Of a DNA stretch of 32,885 bases, positions 28,671 through 32,885 are shown one piece after another. Where the stretch lies: the IMG/VR virus record IMGVR_UViG_3300031951_000023. One strand, 5' to 3'. Under the pieces are notes generated by a model. That model had not been told where the DNA came from. It did no database searches and saw only the letters and a list, made by a program, of their open reading frames with translations. Made by a program: the position numbers and the translations under genes. Positions within the stretch are counted from its first letter, which is position 1, and each line of letters begins with the position of its first letter. Origin of the DNA: an uncultured virus (IMG/VR IMGVR_UViG_3300031951_000023). Its lineage: Duplodnaviria > Heunggongvirae > Uroviricota > Caudoviricetes.

Positions 28671-29680
28671 CAACGCAGTCTTTTAATTGCACAGGTTCCG
28701 AAGCATTAGATACCGCGGCTCCTCAGTCTAGGTTATGCTGCGGTTTTTGTTGTGACTTTCCTCTGTATTTCAGTGGCACTATAGGCCCAGCTACAAGCAT
28801 TAATCCTTTTTTTCCTAACTCATTTTGTCAGTCTTCGTTAAATTGGCCATTAAGCGAAACTCCTGTGACATTGTGGCGTACGAGTCCGTGCCCAAGCATA
28901 AGTTACTCAGCTCCAGGCATAAACAGTTTTGGCTTGTTTATAGCCAGCACTGCAAACGACTTTTATCCCATTTGTAAAGGCTCTAGCCTGTCTGGTTCAG
29001 CGTTTACTGACAGATGGAAAGTAACTAATGCTACGTCTGTTACAGGCTCGTGCTCTACTGATGGGTCTGGAAACGTCACATTCAACATGAGTGGAATAGT
29101 CAACAACGGCATATGCCAAATGCCTTTTGAAATAACCTCGTGGGGAGGTTACGTCACGGGCGCCTGCGAGCCAGGACCCAACGACCGCCCACCCACCTGG
29201 TGCGTACGCTACGAGCAAAGTGATACGTATGGCTGCGTTACCTCTTGGTTTTTCCCAGGGGTTAGCGGTGTTGTGACGGTTTTGAGCGGTCCTTACGCAT
29301 CAACAAGCGACTGTAATTCGGCTTGCGCAGGAGGCGGTAATACGCCTAACCCGTGGTGGTGTGTGTCTGGTAACTGTGTTCAATCAGACGCCCGACCATC
29401 GGGATCAACGAAGGACGCTTATCCAACTCAAGAAGCTTGTTTAGCCGCTTGTTACATTAATCAAGGTCCTGGATTTTACTGCCACAATTATTACAACCCG
29501 ACCTTGCAGCAATCTGTGGTTGGCTGTGATTACTTTATGCGAACACCGTCTAGTAGTAGTCAAAGATACTCAACAATGCAGAACTGTTTAAACAACTGCG
29601 GCACTACAACTACAACTACTACAACTGAGGAACCTACCACTACAACCACTACAGAAGAACCACCACCTCCTGAAGGTTAA
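28667..29680 (+). CDS. Cys-rich protein with three short Cys repeats and a Thr/Pro-rich tail
   Basis: ATG 28667 overlaps the previous stop (ATGA). Ends GTTTTTTTTEEPTTTTTTEEPPPPEG. Confidence 0.65.
   Translation: MTTQSFNCTGSEALDTAAPQSRLCCGFCCDFPLYFSGTIGPATSINPFFPNSFCQSSLNWPLSETPVTLWRTSPCPSISYSAPGINSFGLFIASTANDFYPICKGSSLSGSAFTDRWKVTNATSVTGSCSTDGSGNVTFNMSGIVNNGICQMPFEITSWGGYVTGACEPGPNDRPPTWCVRYEQSDTYGCVTSWFFPGVSGVVTVLSGPYASTSDCNSACAGGGNTPNPWWCVSGNCVQSDARPSGSTKDAYPTQEACLAACYINQGPGFYCHNYYNPTLQQSVVGCDYFMRTPSSSSQRYSTMQNCLNNCGTTTTTTTTEEPTTTTTTEEPPPPEG
29603..29671 (+). repeat. Coding low-complexity repeat (ACT/ACA)n: T8-EEP-T6-EEPPPP
   Basis: actacaactacaactactacaactgaggaacctaccactacaaccactacagaagaaccaccacctcct. 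Confidence 0.85.
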
Positions 29681-29693
29681 TAGGAGTTGATTT

Positions 29694-30935
29694 ATGCGAG
29701 GCAGATCAGCACATAGACTGTTAGCCAAATGTGGTGGGGGTTCTCAGCAGTCATATGTCTGTGAACCTTTCAAGACAGCTACCGTACATGTTTTTCACAG
29801 CTCTCAAACAGGCAGCTACCCTATAGTTTATAACTTAGGAAACTGTGCTTCAGCTCAGTTTTACCCTGAGTCCCTTGAAAGCGGCTACATACAAGACTTG
29901 TTTCTTCCGCTCTCTTCGAGAATAGGTAGCGAAAAAACAGGAGCAGTCTACGGGCATTCTGGAGAAAACTTAATAAATCAGCATAATCCTTACAGAGTTA
30001 AAAGTTTGCCGACTTTGCGTTTTTCAAGCGCAGACTTGGACAAATGGAAGTTTAGAAGAACTCACCCGCCTTTTAGCCCACCACAGCTTAACTCAGCAGC
30101 CGCGCACCCTCCAGAAATAGAAAACCCGCTTGACCCGCCAATGTACGCTGTTGGTCCTGGTATAGCTAACTATCACGCTTATTACACAGTTAAAAGAAGA
30201 ACGTCTTGCGATGCGCAGTATTCTAACTACCTTAACTGGTGTTTTACGGATGAAGGCGTTACGGACATGACTACGGACGGCGAACCAAACTGTCCTAAAG
30301 ACAGCCTTGGATTCAGCTATCCAGCAAAACACATATGGACGAATGCAGACGTACCACAACCTTTTCAAGCAACTGACTGGTGGGAAGACTCGGGCGCGAC
30401 ACCAGTTACTACCTGGTTGCCCACAGGTAAAGGGCTGATACCGTTTTGTACGCCTATAACCGCTTACAACAGTAGCGGAACGCCTTTAGGGCAGTACATC
30501 GGGCTTTGTCATATGATTTTTTTCAATAATAACTTTTATGTTGGAGCTAATGACCAAGGAGCGCAGACAGCGGCAGACCCAGGAAACCTGCCTATAGACT
30601 GGACATCTTCAGAAAACCCTCAACCGCCAGTTAAGCGATGGAAGGACGCTCACAGCGTTGACGTTCACATTTATATGGTAGCTAGCCCTGCAAGCCCTGG
30701 TTCTCTTAAGTCTCCAAGGATATGTTCTAAAAGATTCTGGAGGCCGAACAACACTATTGGAAACACCTGGAATCCGCAGATTAGGGGCATATGTTTTCCA
30801 GACAAAACCTATTTTCTTTGCGGTTCACCTAGAGGTGATTGGGGAGCGCGTTTAAAATTGAAAATTCTAAACTCAAACGAAACTGTAGAAAGAGTTATAA
30901 GCATGGGTAACTTCGCTGCCTATCTGGTGCCGTAA
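29694..30935 (+). CDS. Hypothetical Pro/Trp/Cys-rich protein, probably distal tail component
   Basis: 413 aa, SD AGGAG, coupled to the next gene by TAATG. Confidence 0.6.
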   Translation: MRGRSAHRLLAKCGGGSQQSYVCEPFKTATVHVFHSSQTGSYPIVYNLGNCASAQFYPESLESGYIQDLFLPLSSRIGSEKTGAVYGHSGENLINQHNPYRVKSLPTLRFSSADLDKWKFRRTHPPFSPPQLNSAAAHPPEIENPLDPPMYAVGPGIANYHAYYTVKRRTSCDAQYSNYLNWCFTDEGVTDMTTDGEPNCPKDSLGFSYPAKHIWTNADVPQPFQATDWWEDSGATPVTTWLPTGKGLIPFCTPITAYNSSGTPLGQYIGLCHMIFFNNNFYVGANDQGAQTAADPGNLPIDWTSSENPQPPVKRWKDAHSVDVHIYMVASPASPGSLKSPRICSKRFWRPNNTIGNTWNPQIRGICFPDKTYFLCGSPRGDWGARLKLKILNSNETVERVISMGNFAAYLVP

Positions 30936-32539
30936 TGCCGCAAGAAACTCAGTCCGTAGCATACAATCTGTGCAAACAAGATTACTACGAAGTAATCGGT
31001 ACTTTTCTTGAATGCTCTTTGTGCAATGCTGGCTGGCCTATGAAAACAGGCCGAATATCTTTTTCGTTCTATACCGTCCCCTGCCGTCTGAACACCGGCA
31101 ATCAAACATATGTTAACGAGAACTCCAACTATCCGTCTCCTAGTTGGTTTTGGGGTTTTGAAGAAACAGAAATACAACTAGCCTGCCCACCTGTAGGCGA
31201 AGGTGAAGAGTACGCAGCTAACATTTGGGTAGGTAGAGCGGAGAGAAGTTCCAGGCCTACCAGCGATGGCGGCTCTATTCTCTTAGAAATTTTGGCTAAG
31301 TTTACTCAGATAAACAACACGACAGCGCAGGTAGACCTGCAATTCAATGTTTTAGTCGGCTCGTACTGGCAACCTTATTTTAACGTCAGTACTTCGTTAG
31401 TTAGAAAAGATGCCGACCTGTGTCTACCTTGCGGAAGAAGCTACGCTAGTGATTTTATACCAGTCAGTCCATCTTCTGTAGTTTGCCACGGCGATCTTAG
31501 ATTCGTAAAAATAAACGCTGGAACGTCTCCTTGGTTTGAAGGCTGTGGGCCAGAAGTGGAGTCTTTGCCTGGTTTGTCTGTGACGGGTCCTGTCTGCTCG
31601 TTTTTTGACGGCACCAGGATGTTTACATGCTTTAGAGCTTTGTTCTACAACTTAAATCCTTCTCTTAACATACAGCCTACCTTTACTCAGATGGGCCTGG
31701 ACAAGGCTGGCTGCGCATATACAGACCCTAGCGTTTCGGGGTGTACTGGTTCCTGTACTTACGTTTTTCTGGTTGAAAATAACGGAGCTTTCAACACGTG
31801 GGTACCGTTAACTGACACGTGTTCACAAAACTGCGCTTGTGTTGGGCCTCCTCCTTGGTGGACGGTTCCAGGACTAAAAAACGGAGATACTTACACCAGC
31901 GGCTGCGCCAGCTCAGGCGCGCAACTAAAGTGTAATTGCCTTTACGGCAAGAAGACGGGACAAAACAGTGTCACGGCAGATCACTTTTTAGTCTTAGACA
32001 ACTACTTTAATTTAGGTTGTCCAGGTGAAGGCGATACTGTCTATCAAAAAGTGCAGTTAGGAGTGTTTTCTAGCGCAGGCTATGAGATTATAGCTAAAGA
32101 TGTTGGTAACGGTAGCTTGTGCTTTGTGCTTAGGGCTACGAGTTTCCCATACGCCTACGAGGTAGCTAGCTCCGTAACTGTTGTTTCTGACGCTACTCCA
32201 TACGTTATGCAAGTTGATTTTGCTATGTTACAAGCTCGCGTATTTATCTACGCGATGAAGTTTCCTAACCCAGACATTCTTCCAGAATTGTGCTACACGG
32301 GCACAGGCACAACTCCAAGTTGCGGAAATTTTGGTACTAATGCCGTAAGCGTTAACCAGTATATCTGTTCTGGTATATGCACTTACGTTTTCAGTTCTTT
32401 GTTTGAGGCTTGGGTTTTGGATTCGTCTAATTGTCACAGTAACATGGGTTACACGTGCTCTTGTCCGTCTCCTCCAGACCCTGCTACACTTTCACCGTAT
32501 CCGACAGAAGGTCAAACGTACCAAATGGAGTGCCGATGA
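30935..32539 (+). CDS. Cys-rich protein with two copies of a ~55 aa Cys module
   Basis: 534 aa, with CTGSCTYVF... and CSGICTYVF... repeats. Confidence 0.65.
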   Translation: MPQETQSVAYNLCKQDYYEVIGTFLECSLCNAGWPMKTGRISFSFYTVPCRLNTGNQTYVNENSNYPSPSWFWGFEETEIQLACPPVGEGEEYAANIWVGRAERSSRPTSDGGSILLEILAKFTQINNTTAQVDLQFNVLVGSYWQPYFNVSTSLVRKDADLCLPCGRSYASDFIPVSPSSVVCHGDLRFVKINAGTSPWFEGCGPEVESLPGLSVTGPVCSFFDGTRMFTCFRALFYNLNPSLNIQPTFTQMGLDKAGCAYTDPSVSGCTGSCTYVFLVENNGAFNTWVPLTDTCSQNCACVGPPPWWTVPGLKNGDTYTSGCASSGAQLKCNCLYGKKTGQNSVTADHFLVLDNYFNLGCPGEGDTVYQKVQLGVFSSAGYEIIAKDVGNGSLCFVLRATSFPYAYEVASSVTVVSDATPYVMQVDFAMLQARVFIYAMKFPNPDILPELCYTGTGTTPSCGNFGTNAVSVNQYICSGICTYVFSSLFEAWVLDSSNCHSNMGYTCSCPSPPDPATLSPYPTEGQTYQMECR

Positions 32540-32885
32540 CACCTCAAGAAATATTAGCTAAGTGCGCAGAGCACAACGTTAAGATGCGAGTAATCGACGG
32601 CAAGCTGACACCTGTTGGAAGCGTCAGCTTGGACTTTTTAAAGATTAGCGCTTCTTTCATACCCTACAAAGCAGAATTGATTAAATACATTCAAGAAAAC
32701 CATCCAGAAATGGTGGGACATCCCGTTGAGCTTAGCAGCTCTTACACTAACCCTGTACCAGTACCCAAAACTATAAACGTCAAAGGAACAGCTAACGAAA
32801 AAATTCAAAGGCTTAGAGTGCCTTGCGTACATCTAGGACCACCGCTAGAAAAAGCTTCAAGCTGCGGTTGCAATGGCGCAGTAAC
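32536..32885 (+). CDS. 3'-partial ORF with TubC_N-like N-terminus and Cys motif (absent from supplied ORF track)
   Basis: ATGA overlap with the previous stop, open to the window end: MTPQEILAKCAEHNVKMRVIDGKLTPVG...YKAELIKYI...PCVHLGPPLEKASSCGCNGAV. Confidence 0.65.
   Translation, partial: MTPQEILAKCAEHNVKMRVIDGKLTPVGSVSLDFLKISASFIPYKAELIKYIQENHPEMVGHPVELSSSYTNPVPVPKTINVKGTANEKIQRLRVPCVHLGPPLEKASSCGCNGAV

Noticed and set aside
29603..29671. CRISPR or non-coding tandem array
   Set aside because: It is an in-frame Thr codon run with synonymous variation and no spacer structure.
31742..32533. Diversity-generating retroelement TR/VR pair
   Set aside because: The two repeats differ by indels and non-adenine substitutions, identity is low, and no reverse transcriptase is present.
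19..32832. Numerous minus-strand and nested short ORFs in the ORF track (e.g. 15424..16026, 5293..5751, 5391..5606)
   Set aside because: All are shadows of long, motif-bearing plus-strand genes and show no recognisable motifs of their own.
1..32885. Extracellular contractile injection system (eCIS/Afp/PVC), tailocin or T6SS
   Set aside because: No Afp15-like ATPase, LysM protein or T6SS membrane components were seen. A long tape measure, G/GT-type chaperones, a free-standing HNH and a sigma factor fit a large phage better. Capsid genes are not in the window, so this is not formally excluded.
1..32885. Stop-codon reassignment (alternative genetic code)
   Set aside because: Genes tile almost without gaps under the standard code. 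TAA and TGA end many genes, and TAG ends one.

Overview
A densely packed, entirely plus-strand tail morphogenesis operon from a large contractile-tailed (myovirus-like) phage. Gene order: tail sheath C-terminus, tail tube, gp5/VgrG-like spike, a tail assembly chaperone pair with a candidate -1 frameshift, tape measure, tube-like and hub proteins, gp25-like, baseplate J-like and wedge proteins. These are followed by five divergent paralogous structural genes, a collagen-containing fibre protein and a run of very Cys-rich proteins. Three non-structural passengers sit inside the module: a divergent sigma-70-family factor, a two-gene cassette (small membrane protein plus S8 subtilisin-like protease) preceded by the longest intergenic gap and a candidate promoter, and a free-standing HNH endonuclease. 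The standard genetic code fits. I found no tRNA, rRNA, CRISPR or IS elements. All product calls come from motif recognition and synteny, not database searches.
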